A DNA stretch of 50,041 bases, taken from the IMG/VR virus record IMGVR_UViG_3300037200_000048, positions 1 to 50,041 of that record; one strand, 5' to 3'. The position numbers and the translations under genes are program-made. Shown piece after piece: positions 28,166 to 36,086 of the stretch. This stretch comes from a virus. Its lineage: Duplodnaviria > Caudoviricetes. The first letter of the stretch is position 1. Every line of letters starts with the position of its first letter. Under the pieces are notes generated by a model. It made no database searches. It saw nothing but the letters and a program-made list of their open reading frames with translations, and was not told the DNA's origin.

Positions 28166-28290
28166 TTACTTCCACTTCGATCCATGACTTATTTTGTGAA
28201 CTTCACGCTGAACTTTCAAAAGTTCACTGAACTTTAGCATGAACTTTTACCCTATTATAGACCCATATAAACAACACAAAACAAACAAGA
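28166..28290. repeat. AT-rich island with five TGAACTT heptamers (four direct, one inverted) forming overlapping palindromes
   Basis: TGAACTT at 28197, 28209, 28228, 28240; AAGTTCA at 28220. Confidence 0.75.
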
Positions 28291-29575
28291 TAGGCAAAAT
28301 TACGCCCCCAAAATAACCACCGAGGCCGACACAAATTTCCGTTCCCCCACCGCCTCCAACTTGCACTTGCCTGGGCCCGTTGGGTTGCTGCATCCCTTTG
28401 ATGTCCATGCAGAGTTTCGTCATGCGGTCGAACTCCGCTTTCGCTCCCGCGTCGTCCTGCTCGGCCAGTTTGAAGCGATGGGTTAGGTAGGTACGGATAG
28501 CGTCCTCGAAAGCTGGCGGGCATGTGAATAAAAAGTTGGCCTGCCCTTTCTGGTAGAGTTGCGGCATTCGCAGCCCGGTCATGTAGACGTTGCACTCGTA
28601 CACGGGAGTCATTGCAGGCCACGCCTGCGGCTGAGTTCCTCCCAGCCCTCGTGTGAGCGCCGAGATGGTTGTCCCTGAGAGTTGCGAGTAGTAGACCAGT
28701 TCGCACGACCCCGGCCCCACCAGAGCAGTAGGAGGATACGTCCCTATGAGGATGAGGCCGAATCCGAGAACGAAACCGTTCGCTCCGAACATCACGGTTA
28801 TTGACGTGTCGGTGATCGCTGCCGGATCGGAGAGGATAGCCTGCCCCGAAGTCCTGTCGGGCTGGGGCCACAGTTCTACGATCTGCCGGTCGGAGGATGT
28901 GTTTACGACTATCACTCCTGAGAGTCCGGTCACGTTGGAGTGGCGGAAGACCTGCTGTTTTGTTCCTGCTGCCACAGGGTAGCCATCGTAGAAGTTATTG
29001 TCGATACGCCGCCACTGACCCACCAAAGCATACTGCGCCGTTCCCTGCGTAGAAGGTACGGCGGTAATATCCCTTATCCCCCCGGTCATCTGTCCGATGA
29101 GCTTCAGCCCGTCGTTCAACCAGCGGTACACTAGCGCCGCGGAGAGGATATTGCCATCCGAGTCGGGGACGAACGCGCGAGAGATGTTGGGAGGGAAGTT
29201 CTGGATAGGTGTGGATGTCCCGTTTATGGCGATAGAAACCGAGTTGGTTGGAGTTGTAATCGCAAACTCAATGTACTGGTCTTCCCCGCCGGGGACGAGA
29301 GAGAAGTAAATCCGCGCGAAACTGGCAAGGTACGATACCGCAATCGTTGCGACCACATTGAAGGCCGCTGCGTTGGTGACGCTCTGTTCTACCGTCGCTG
29401 CCGTCTCGCCCCATAGGGTACTCTGCGTTGCCTTGAGGTACACTGTGGCCCCGGCAGCAAACAGCGTAGGCGCGACAACGTTCGTAGTCGCCGCGAAGGA
29501 TGGCGTCTGGAGTGTCATGGCCGGGTCGGGAGCCAATTCTCTCAATCCCTGGATTAAATCCCCTACAAGACTCAT
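28247..29575 (-). CDS. Head-tail adaptor/tail tubular protein A-like with extra domains
   Basis: LVYRWLNDGLK..., GTAQYAL, IVELWPQPD, PPAFEDAI..Y; between capsid and nozzle. Confidence 0.7.
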   Translation of the reverse strand: MSLVGDLIQGLRELAPDPAMTLQTPSFAATTNVVAPTLFAAGATVYLKATQSTLWGETAATVEQSVTNAAAFNVVATIAVSYLASFARIYFSLVPGGEDQYIEFAITTPTNSVSIAINGTSTPIQNFPPNISRAFVPDSDGNILSAALVYRWLNDGLKLIGQMTGGIRDITAVPSTQGTAQYALVGQWRRIDNNFYDGYPVAAGTKQQVFRHSNVTGLSGVIVVNTSSDRQIVELWPQPDRTSGQAILSDPAAITDTSITVMFGANGFVLGFGLILIGTYPPTALVGPGSCELVYYSQLSGTTISALTRGLGGTQPQAWPAMTPVYECNVYMTGLRMPQLYQKGQANFLFTCPPAFEDAIRTYLTHRFKLAEQDDAGAKAEFDRMTKLCMDIKGMQQPNGPRQVQVGGGGGTEICVGLGGYFGGVILPILFVLCCLYGSIIG

Positions 29576-29592
29576 GCTCCCCCTAAACTGCA

Positions 29593-29623
29593 ATGGCCCC
29601 GCCCCCGAAGGGAACAGGGCCAT
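29593..29623 (-). terminator. GC-rich hairpin with TTCG loop after capsid/decoration genes (weak U-tract; possibly partial terminator)
   Basis: ATGGCCCTGTTCCC-TTCG-GGGGCGGGGCCAT on - strand. Confidence 0.55.
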
Positions 29624-29645
29624 GAACGTCCACCGGTGCAAAACT

Positions 29646-30065
29646 CTAATTCATGCTGACTTCAAGCTCCATCGTGGCTGCCTGCGTCCCGCCCGCCAAA
29701 GTTACCACTGCCGATACCGAGGTAATCGAGAGATCGGTGTTGAACTCCTTCGTGTAGTCCAATCCAGTACCCGCCGCCGTTGTCCCGATAGACTCGATTT
29801 GGAGGGTGTTGGTTCCGTCCGTCACCGTAAGTAGGGCGGCGAGAGTGGTCGCTCCATTGACTGAAGTGGCCCGCAAGCGAATCTTTCCCCGGCTAGGCGC
29901 TGGGCCTCCGTTTGCGTTGAACGGGATGCCGTTGGTCGAAGGCGTGGTGGTCGTGGCCGCGATGGTGAGCGTCCCCGTCGCGGTAAGCGCGGAGACGGCA
30001 TACCCGTAGTTTGAGCCAGAGCCGTACCCCGGCATTACCTGTGCTACCGAGTTGGCAAACGACAT
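29646..30065 (-). CDS. Putative capsid decoration/cement protein
   Basis: 139-aa T/A/G-rich beta protein directly after MCP; AAGGAG RBS. Confidence 0.55.
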   Translation of the reverse strand: MSFANSVAQVMPGYGSGSNYGYAVSALTATGTLTIAATTTTPSTNGIPFNANGGPAPSRGKIRLRATSVNGATTLAALLTVTDGTNTLQIESIGTTAAGTGLDYTKEFNTDLSITSVSAVVTLAGGTQAATMELEVSMN

Positions 30066-30075
30066 AGCAATCTCC

Positions 30076-31062
30076 TTAGTTCGGAAGGCCCGTGATGGTG
30101 ATATTCATGCGAGGCGAGATGCACGACAAGTTCCACGTCAGGTACATCGTCGAGACCAACACGCGCTGGTTGCTCGGCTTCACGAACGGATCGACGTTGA
30201 AGTAGTCGGCCTCGTGGAAGACGGGGAAGATGTACTTCGAGTTCAGGAACATCGCAATCCCGGTTGGGCAGAAGTAGTCCGGCACCGTGACGGCATTGTT
30301 GAACAGGAAGTGGTTGCGGAAGCCAACCTGCAACGCCTCATCGTCCTGCATTCCTTGACCGAAGCGGACTTCGGTGGTGAAGTTTGCCTTGAACGCGGCG
30401 TAATTCAGCCGGTTCATCACGCAGAGGTCAGGCTCGTCGTACCCCCAGGTCACGTTCTGGTAGGCAGGCTCGAAGATTGCCGGAGTGACCGCTCCGCCCG
30501 AAGCGTAGTTTGCAGCGGGCAGCCAGAAGGCGTTGGCGGCAGTCGAGCGGTTGATGCCGGCGATGGTGTTGGTGGTGGTCTGCACCCACGACACAAGATC
30601 GTCGATGTCGAGCGAAGTGTTCTGCGGAGCGGTGTGCCAGATGGCGCGGGAGAGCTTCTGGAGGAACGACGCAGAGGCCGTCTGGTACTTCGCCTTGATG
30701 AGGTCGAGGTTCCCAGCCCCGCCCCGGTTGAGAATGATGTCCGTTACCGGAATCACGATGGGCTGGCGGTAGGGCTTCCACTGCTGGTTCGCAGGCTGAA
30801 TCGAGTCAACCACGGAGGTATCGAGCAGTTGGTCGCCATAGTAGGCACCGCCCGGAAGCTCCTCTTGGTAGATTTCGGGGAAGACAAGCTCGCCTGCACC
30901 GAACTTCTTACCTTCGCGGGTCAGTGCCCAGAACACCGGAGAGGGCTTGAAGACGTTATCGCCGAGTACCGGGACGATGTACTTCTGGCTGATTGCGTTG
31001 ACCGTGTTGGAAAGTTGTACCGGGGGAGACGCAAGCCCCAGACCAACGACTGAATTTGCCAT
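30076..31062 (-). CDS. Major capsid protein
   Basis: DNVFKPSP...G.G.....P...Y.G...L.T...A...WK, IAGINRS...FW, EPDL, MFLNSKY pattern; strongly biased codons; AAGGAG RBS. Confidence 0.88.
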   Translation of the reverse strand: MANSVVGLGLASPPVQLSNTVNAISQKYIVPVLGDNVFKPSPVFWALTREGKKFGAGELVFPEIYQEELPGGAYYGDQLLDTSVVDSIQPANQQWKPYRQPIVIPVTDIILNRGGAGNLDLIKAKYQTASASFLQKLSRAIWHTAPQNTSLDIDDLVSWVQTTTNTIAGINRSTAANAFWLPAANYASGGAVTPAIFEPAYQNVTWGYDEPDLCVMNRLNYAAFKANFTTEVRFGQGMQDDEALQVGFRNHFLFNNAVTVPDYFCPTGIAMFLNSKYIFPVFHEADYFNVDPFVKPSNQRVLVSTMYLTWNLSCISPRMNITITGLPN

Positions 31063-31073
31063 GCTCTATCTCC

Positions 31074-31892
31074 TTAGTTCGCCCACTGCTTCCCAACTGT
31101 GTTCCAAAGTTCGCTGTCTTGGCCCGCCGCTGCAATTGCCTCATCGAGCGAGAGCGTCTTGCCTTTGTCGTCCGTCCCTTTGAATCCGGTGTCGAGGATA
31201 CGCGGCCCGTGGACGCCGGGGCGCTGCATGGCTGCAAGAGCCTCACGATCCTTGGTGAGTTCCGTCTTCTTCGCTGTCACTTCGGCAAGCTCGGCTTCTT
31301 TACGGGCGTCCCACGTCAAGCGGTCAACCGCAGCGTGGATATCGAGCCGTCCATGCTCATCCAGCAGTTTCCGATCGGTCGCAAACTTGATAGCCTGCTC
31401 CAGTTTCACCTGGTTGCGAATGCCCTCTGGGAGTGCCGCCTGTTCACGGGCAAAGACAGAGTTGTAGTTGTCGTCCAGGTAGCCCTTCATGGCCTGCTGG
31501 GTGACGGTACGAACCTGAGCCACCTGCCCTTTGACTTCCTCCACGACGGCTTGTATCTTGGCCATCTCTGCGCGGACTTCTTTTACCATCGGGCCGAAGA
31601 GAGGATCGTTCTCGTCCATGCCGGTCGTCTCGCGGACATGATCGGCAACCTGCCTCCGGCTGGGAACCACAACTTCCATCTTGTCGTCCAGCAGACCGGC
31701 GGTACGGAGCTTGGTCACGCGCTCCAATACTCCCTGCTCGGCAAGTTCCAGTTGCTGCTGACGGGCCAATAGAGCCTGCCGCTCCGAAGTGGCCAACTGC
31801 CGCATCTCTCCAACTGTGGCCGACGAACCATCGGGCAATGCGATAACCAGATCGTCGGCGTAGGTTCCTGTCGTCAGAATGTCTTTCAGCAT
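31074..31892 (-). CDS. Putative scaffolding protein
   Basis: Helical, charged, directly upstream of MCP; AAGGAG RBS. Confidence 0.65.
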   Translation of the reverse strand: MLKDILTTGTYADDLVIALPDGSSATVGEMRQLATSERQALLARQQQLELAEQGVLERVTKLRTAGLLDDKMEVVVPSRRQVADHVRETTGMDENDPLFGPMVKEVRAEMAKIQAVVEEVKGQVAQVRTVTQQAMKGYLDDNYNSVFAREQAALPEGIRNQVKLEQAIKFATDRKLLDEHGRLDIHAAVDRLTWDARKEAELAEVTAKKTELTKDREALAAMQRPGVHGPRILDTGFKGTDDKGKTLSLDEAIAAAGQDSELWNTVGKQWAN

Positions 31893-32315
31893 TTATGCTG
31901 CTCCTTGGGCGAACTGCTGTAGGTTTTGCTGTCCCTGTGGCGGCTGGCCCGCGCCGTTGGCGATGGGGGCCGCTACCGTGGATGCAACCTCAGCCGCCTT
32001 TTGGCAGGCTTTGATTGCCGCATCGCAATACTTCTGGGCCTGCGCTACCGGGGTCGCTACGTCGGGCATGGCAAACGCCGCGCGGGGGTAAATTGCGACC
32101 AATTGGCTCTTGATCTGATTGAGAATCTTCATCATCGAATTGGGGTCGGCACCCTGCAATTCGGCAAGCTGCGTCTGAATCTGCTGTCCCGCTTCGTCTC
32201 CCCCCGGAGGCTGACCCTGACCCGGTTGACCTCCGCCCGGAGGCTGACCCTGCGGAGCCAGTTTCGATAGAAGCTGACGCGCCATGATCCCCGCAATTGG
32301 ACTGCCTGCGCTCAT
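31893..32315 (-). CDS. Q/G/P-rich head-module protein
   Basis: ATGA-coupled; low-complexity termini. Confidence 0.65.
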   Translation of the reverse strand: MSAGSPIAGIMARQLLSKLAPQGQPPGGGQPGQGQPPGGDEAGQQIQTQLAELQGADPNSMMKILNQIKSQLVAIYPRAAFAMPDVATPVAQAQKYCDAAIKACQKAAEVASTVAAPIANGAGQPPQGQQNLQQFAQGAA

Positions 32316-32413
32316 CGCGCCCCTTTGCGCTGCGGCGTGTTGCGGAAAGAGTTCTTGGGAACCTTCGTATGCGAGGACTTCAAACCCTTCGACTTCAGAC
32401 CCTTCATCTTCAT
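32312..32413 (-). CDS. Basic micropeptide MKMKGLKSKGLKSSHTKVPKNSFRNTPQRKGAR (33 aa)
   Basis: Translated by hand; ATGA overlaps at both ends. Confidence 0.7.
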   Translation of the reverse strand: MKMKGLKSKGLKSSHTKVPKNSFRNTPQRKGAR

Positions 32414-32577
32414 TCGCGGCCCGCTTTCTTCGAGTTGCCCGGAATTAGCCTCAGCGGATCGGTTGGCATGGCTACGGGGTTGTTACGCACATCGGGGCCA
32501 GGCTCGTTGGAAGGACGGCCAACGGTGAGGGGACTCTTAAGTATTTTGTCGTCAAATGCCTTGCCGCCAAATTCCAT
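32410..32577 (-). CDS. Small P-rich protein MEFGGKAFDDKILKSPLTVGRPSNEPG...KKAGRE (55 aa)
   Basis: Translated by hand; GGAGA RBS; coupled to next gene. Confidence 0.65.
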   Translation of the reverse strand: MEFGGKAFDDKILKSPLTVGRPSNEPGPDVRNNPVAMPTDPLRLIPGNSKKAGRE

Positions 32578-32598
32578 GATCTTCTCCAGAGTGGTACA

Positions 32599-32624
32599 CC
32601 GGGAGTCCCGTCAGGAACCCCCGG
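32599..32624 (-). other. 11-bp RNA hairpin between micropeptide genes
   Basis: CCGGGGGTTCC-TGAC-GGGACTCCCGG. Confidence 0.5.
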
Positions 32625-32647
32625 CTAGGGAGTGCAAGAGGGGAGTC

Positions 32648-32698
32648 CTAACGGCGAGTGCTGAGTTTGGGCTTGCGCCGTCCACCGCGTCTCGGCAT
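32648..32698 (-). CDS. Arg-rich micropeptide MPRRGGRRKPKLSTRR (16 aa)
   Basis: AAAGAGGT RBS directly before ATG. Confidence 0.55.
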   Translation of the reverse strand: MPRRGGRRKPKLSTRR

Positions 32699-32786
32699 AA
32701 GAACCTCTTTCGCTCTGCTGGTAACGCCAGCAAATCGTCTAAGAGCGGCGGGCGCGAAAGCCAGCAACAGCACCGCTCGTTTTCAG

Positions 32787-32891
32787 CTATTTGGAACTGC
32801 CTCGTTGAGAGGAGTTCTTCTTAGCCAGAGCGCGCGCGTCGGAGAGAAATTTCTTCGGATTTTTGAAGTCCTTGATTATCTTCTTCGGCAC
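32787..32891 (-). CDS. Lys-rich micropeptide MPKKIIKDFKNPKKFLSDARALAKKNSSQRGSSK (34 aa)
   Basis: GAGGAG RBS 5 nt before GTG. Confidence 0.6.
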   Translation of the reverse strand: MPKKIIKDFKNPKKFLSDARALAKKNSSQRGSSK

Positions 32892-32905
32892 ACTTGCTCC
32901 TCAAA

Positions 32906-32965
32906 CTACTTCCGCTTGCTGTGCTTCTTGCCGTGACGCTTGTGCTTTACGCGGGTCTCGAACAT
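32906..32965 (-). CDS. K/R/H-rich micropeptide MFETRVKHKRHGKKHSKRK (19 aa)
   Basis: AGGAGG RBS; ATG 1 nt after upstream stop. Confidence 0.65.
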   Translation of the reverse strand: MFETRVKHKRHGKKHSKRK

Positions 32966-32966
32966 A

Positions 32967-33224
32967 TTAGAAGCCCTCCTCTTGCCTCTTCAGGATTTCG
33001 TCCATCGGAAGCGGATTGCGAGCGTCGCCGTAAATATGGATCAGAACCTCAGACTGACGGGCGATGTAGGCCAGATAGCCTTTGTCCGTCAGGCACTCAG
33101 GAAGTTCCCTTGTGCTCTTGTGATCGTCGATAGCCGGGGCCAAAATGCCATTGACGGCAACCTGAACCTGAATATCTCCGTTCCCAAGGTCTGTGTAGCG
33201 AACCAACTCTACGGCAGCCTGCAT
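32967..33224 (-). CDS. Hypothetical protein, first gene of capsid operon (probably leaderless)
   Basis: ATG 7 nt after TACGCT -10. Confidence 0.6.
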   Translation of the reverse strand: MQAAVELVRYTDLGNGDIQVQVAVNGILAPAIDDHKSTRELPECLTDKGYLAYIARQSEVLIHIYGDARNPLPMDEILKRQEEGF

Positions 33225-33231
33225 ATTGGAA

Positions 33232-33259
33232 AGCGTATAGCCTTTTAGGGTTGCGGCAA
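33232..33259 (-). promoter_or_regulatory. Candidate promoter TTGCCG-16-TACGCT for the capsid operon
   Basis: Intergenic; spacing gives a start site at ATG 33224. Confidence 0.45.
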
Positions 33260-33283
33260 GAGGGTTGGTTCGCCGCTGACATC

Positions 33284-33514
33284 CTACAGAAGGGAAGATG
33301 GCACGAGGAAATACAGACGGCAACGGTCTCCACTTGACCCGCCGCGCCTGCCTCTTCCCATTTTTCTCCCCTCGAAACGCAATGACTCGTCCATCAGAAC
33401 AAGGATGCCAAAGTTGGAGAAATGCCCTGTCTTTGCGTATTTCTGCGCCCAACGGCGAGTCCTTCCCATGATCAAGGCGAACTCTTCCGAAGTGATCCAG
33501 ACATGATCGTTCAT
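33284..33514 (-). CDS. Small winged-HTH/excisionase-like DNA-binding protein
   Basis: WITSEEFALIMGRTRRWAQKYAKTG; ATGA overlap with portal stop. Confidence 0.55.
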   Translation of the reverse strand: MNDHVWITSEEFALIMGRTRRWAQKYAKTGHFSNFGILVLMDESLRFEGRKMGRGRRGGSSGDRCRLYFLVPSSLL

Positions 33515-35235
33515 CGCTTCTTGCCCTTCATGATTCCCGCCAAAGCCTGTAACTGAAGCTGCTCTTTCTGCTCCTCCGCAATCTTCTCCGCGTGAGGGAT
33601 TCCGAGCATTTGCAGCCCGCGCTCGGTGTTGAGGACTCCCGTCTTCATCAGTTCCGGGACCATGCGGCGCAACGCCAGCTCGCTCAACGGCTGGATTGAA
33701 TCTTCGTCCAGCATGAGGTCGTAGTTGTGCGGGTCGAGGATGCCTTCCCACTGCACTACATCGGTAGACTTGTCTCCCCGGAACGGCATGGAGAAGCGCC
33801 CCATATAGCGCCCCATCGTGTAGAACATGCAGGTTGCGAGTTGGGAAATAGTGAACGATTGAAGCCTTCCCGCAAGCTGCAACATCCCTGAAGATTGCAG
33901 GATGGACGACTCGAACAGAGAGGTCGAAACATTGCCCTGCCCAGGGTTTCCCTGCTTGGCTTCCGTCTGGCCTTGAAGCCGCTGCTGGATTTTTAGCAGA
34001 TCGGCTGGCAGTTGGTATGCCTGCGAAGAGAGAGCGGGTGCCGTCCGGCATTCGGGGATTCTTGAATTTGGATTGATCGACTGGACTTCTCCAGGCATCC
34101 CGCCGAACGCTTCTACGTCGATTCCCGTGCTTTGGTCGATGAACCACGTTCCATTGTTGAGCCGGACGGCATTTTCGTACAGTTGCGTGTATAGTTTTTC
34201 TCCCATAGTTTGCAGAGACTCGGAAAAGCGCGTAACTGGGATGCCCCAAGGCCCGTAGAGCGGCGGCAGCGCCCACATCGGGAACAGAGGAAAGAATGGC
34301 GATGGAATGTCTGTCCGCTTCGGGTAAGGGTTCGACCCATCCGACAGGATAAAGCCTTCGCACTCTACCAGGTATCTTCCGTTGGGGTACTTCCACTTGA
34401 ACTCAGGATCGGTCAGCGCCCCATCTGGGATATTCTTTTCATCCACGATTTCGCGCGTGTAGTCCTTGCAAAAAACGTGCCGGACGCGAAGCCGGGTATC
34501 CGAGTTTGTCCTCCCAAGCTGGGAAGAAATACCCGGCATACCCGGCATTGAAGTCATGGGGCCGTTCGGCATCTGGAAACCGTACCCCGATCCGGTCTGC
34601 TGAAGAGACGCCGTGGACGACCCCGCTCCGACAATCTTGATGCTCTTCGAGGTGTGAGGCCATCGCTGGCGAATCTCCTCGACATGCATCCAGTCCTCAA
34701 AATACAGGTAGCTGGGATCGAACTCGTAATCGGTCGTAGGGTCGAACCCCACCGTCCGAGGGTCGCGCGACTTGACCCATAGACCGCCTTTGCCATTTCT
34801 CAGGTCGGGCGAGTAGCAGAGTTGCAGAAATCCCGTTCCAGTGTAACGCGAGGCCGTCGTAGCGAAGAGAGAGTGATAATTGACCCGCGCCTGCTGCCAC
34901 TGGGCCTGCAACGCTTTCTCGCGCCCCTCCGCTCTCTCCCCATCGTTGAAGATGTAAACCTGCGGCGAGATGTCGGAGATGCGGTTTGAGTCTTCGAGGA
35001 TGATCTTTTGCAGTTCGGGAATATTGATAGCCGGGCGGAAAGACGGCACTTCCCCGGTCGGCCCCTTGAGGCTGTAAAGCGCCTCCGCAGCAGCAAAAGC
35101 GTTCTCTCCCAACGCCTGCTTACGGGCGCTGTCCGACTGCTCTACCCAGTTCTCGATATGCTTGCATCGAGGGTCTCGGTACTGGTCGGGATCGGACTTT
35201 TTTCTGTCCGAGCGAATTGTGACGATGTTGGCGAT
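33511..35235 (-). CDS. Portal protein; probable ATC start at 35235 (ORF track starts at TTG 35112)
   Basis: GTGF.....SPD, RDPRTV.FDP, KYPNGR, DGSNPY, WGIP....S.Q motifs; frame open to 35238. Confidence 0.88.
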   Translation of the reverse strand: MANIVTIRSDRKKSDPDQYRDPRCKHIENWVEQSDSARKQALGENAFAAAEALYSLKGPTGEVPSFRPAINIPELQKIILEDSNRISDISPQVYIFNDGERAEGREKALQAQWQQARVNYHSLFATTASRYTGTGFLQLCYSPDLRNGKGGLWVKSRDPRTVGFDPTTDYEFDPSYLYFEDWMHVEEIRQRWPHTSKSIKIVGAGSSTASLQQTGSGYGFQMPNGPMTSMPGMPGISSQLGRTNSDTRLRVRHVFCKDYTREIVDEKNIPDGALTDPEFKWKYPNGRYLVECEGFILSDGSNPYPKRTDIPSPFFPLFPMWALPPLYGPWGIPVTRFSESLQTMGEKLYTQLYENAVRLNNGTWFIDQSTGIDVEAFGGMPGEVQSINPNSRIPECRTAPALSSQAYQLPADLLKIQQRLQGQTEAKQGNPGQGNVSTSLFESSILQSSGMLQLAGRLQSFTISQLATCMFYTMGRYMGRFSMPFRGDKSTDVVQWEGILDPHNYDLMLDEDSIQPLSELALRRMVPELMKTGVLNTERGLQMLGIPHAEKIAEEQKEQLQLQALAGIMKGKKR

Positions 35236-35238
35236 GGC

Positions 35239-35418
35239 CTAGTCCCTGTATCCATCGCGGAACGTGCTTACCCGCTTCGACTTCACTTTTCCTTTGCCCG
35301 ACTTGCCTTTCGGCTTGGCATGGCGTCCGTGGGCATGGCGTCGCGGGTTCTCCATCGCCATTGCCTTCGATTCGTCGTCCGGTGCGGTTGTCTGATACTT
35401 CGCTCTGGCTGTACCCAT
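35239..35418 (-). CDS. Basic 59-aa protein (RRHAHGRHAKPKGKSGKGKVKSKR), in frame with portal
   Basis: GGAGGG RBS; its TAG is in frame with the portal ORF. Confidence 0.65.
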   Translation of the reverse strand: MGTARAKYQTTAPDDESKAMAMENPRRHAHGRHAKPKGKSGKGKVKSKRVSTFRDGYRD

Positions 35419-35514
35419 GATAAGTCCCTCCAAACGCTATAGAAACGCGCGGATTCGCTTATGTCAACCTGCATTTGTATGTTAGATAAGAGTTGGCAAT
35501 AAGTTCGCAATAAG

Positions 35515-36015
35515 TTATGCAGACTGTAGAGCGTCTCCGCCGCGCAACCATTCGGCCAGCAGGGTAGCTGGCGTCTTCCCGCTCTCGCTCGACCGCTTGC
35601 GAAACTCTTCCAACTTCATCAGCAATTCGCTCAACTCTTTCATGCTCATCACTCCACCGAGGATGAGGTACTGGGCATTGTTCGCCAAGTCGCGCTGGTA
35701 GACCTCGTAGGCCTGAGACTGGCTTATCTTGCGGTTCTCGGCAAACTCTTTACCGATGGATTCGAGTATTCCTTTGGCGTAGTCGCGGTCTTGCGGTGTG
35801 ACGTTAGGAGGCAATTCGCGGTCTACTGCTGACGCCACGGGAAGATCGGCCCTGCGTTCCTCTGCACTCTTTCCTCGACGCTTGTACGGTCGGCGAGTCT
35901 TTCTTCCCTTTCCCTCTCCAATGACAATAACTTGGCCTCCGTTGGACGGACGCTGCGGTGAGTTGATGGAGGAGAAGTCGAAACCGTTTCCGAGAAAACT
36001 TTCGTCAGTAGCCAT
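35515..36015 (-). CDS. Hypothetical protein (possible packaging-associated)
   Basis: GGAGG RBS; basic patch then helical domain. Confidence 0.65.
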   Translation of the reverse strand: MATDESFLGNGFDFSSINSPQRPSNGGQVIVIGEGKGRKTRRPYKRRGKSAEERRADLPVASAVDRELPPNVTPQDRDYAKGILESIGKEFAENRKISQSQAYEVYQRDLANNAQYLILGGVMSMKELSELLMKLEEFRKRSSESGKTPATLLAEWLRGGDALQSA

Positions 36016-36086
36016 TCAATTGCCTCCGCCTTCGCCTCGTCGGGAAGTTCGATCACGATTCGGTTTTTGTCGCGCAGGATCGTCAT
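35823..36086 (-). CDS. Possible overlapping gene MTILRDKNRIVIELPDE... (87 aa)
   Basis: ATGA-coupled to upstream gene; overlaps 35515-36015 in another frame. Confidence 0.4.
   Translation of the reverse strand: MTILRDKNRIVIELPDEAKAEAIEWLLTKVFSETVSTSPPSTHRSVRPTEAKLLSLEREREERLADRTSVEERVQRNAGPIFPWRQQ

Noticed and set aside
28195-28260. XerCD dif site or protelomerase target
   Set aside because: Does not match the 11-6-11 dif consensus, is not one long palindrome, and no protelomerase gene was recognised
33284-34396. 370-aa ORF overlapping the portal
   Set aside because: Alternative frame of the portal; only the final 76 codons (from ATG 33514) look like a real gene
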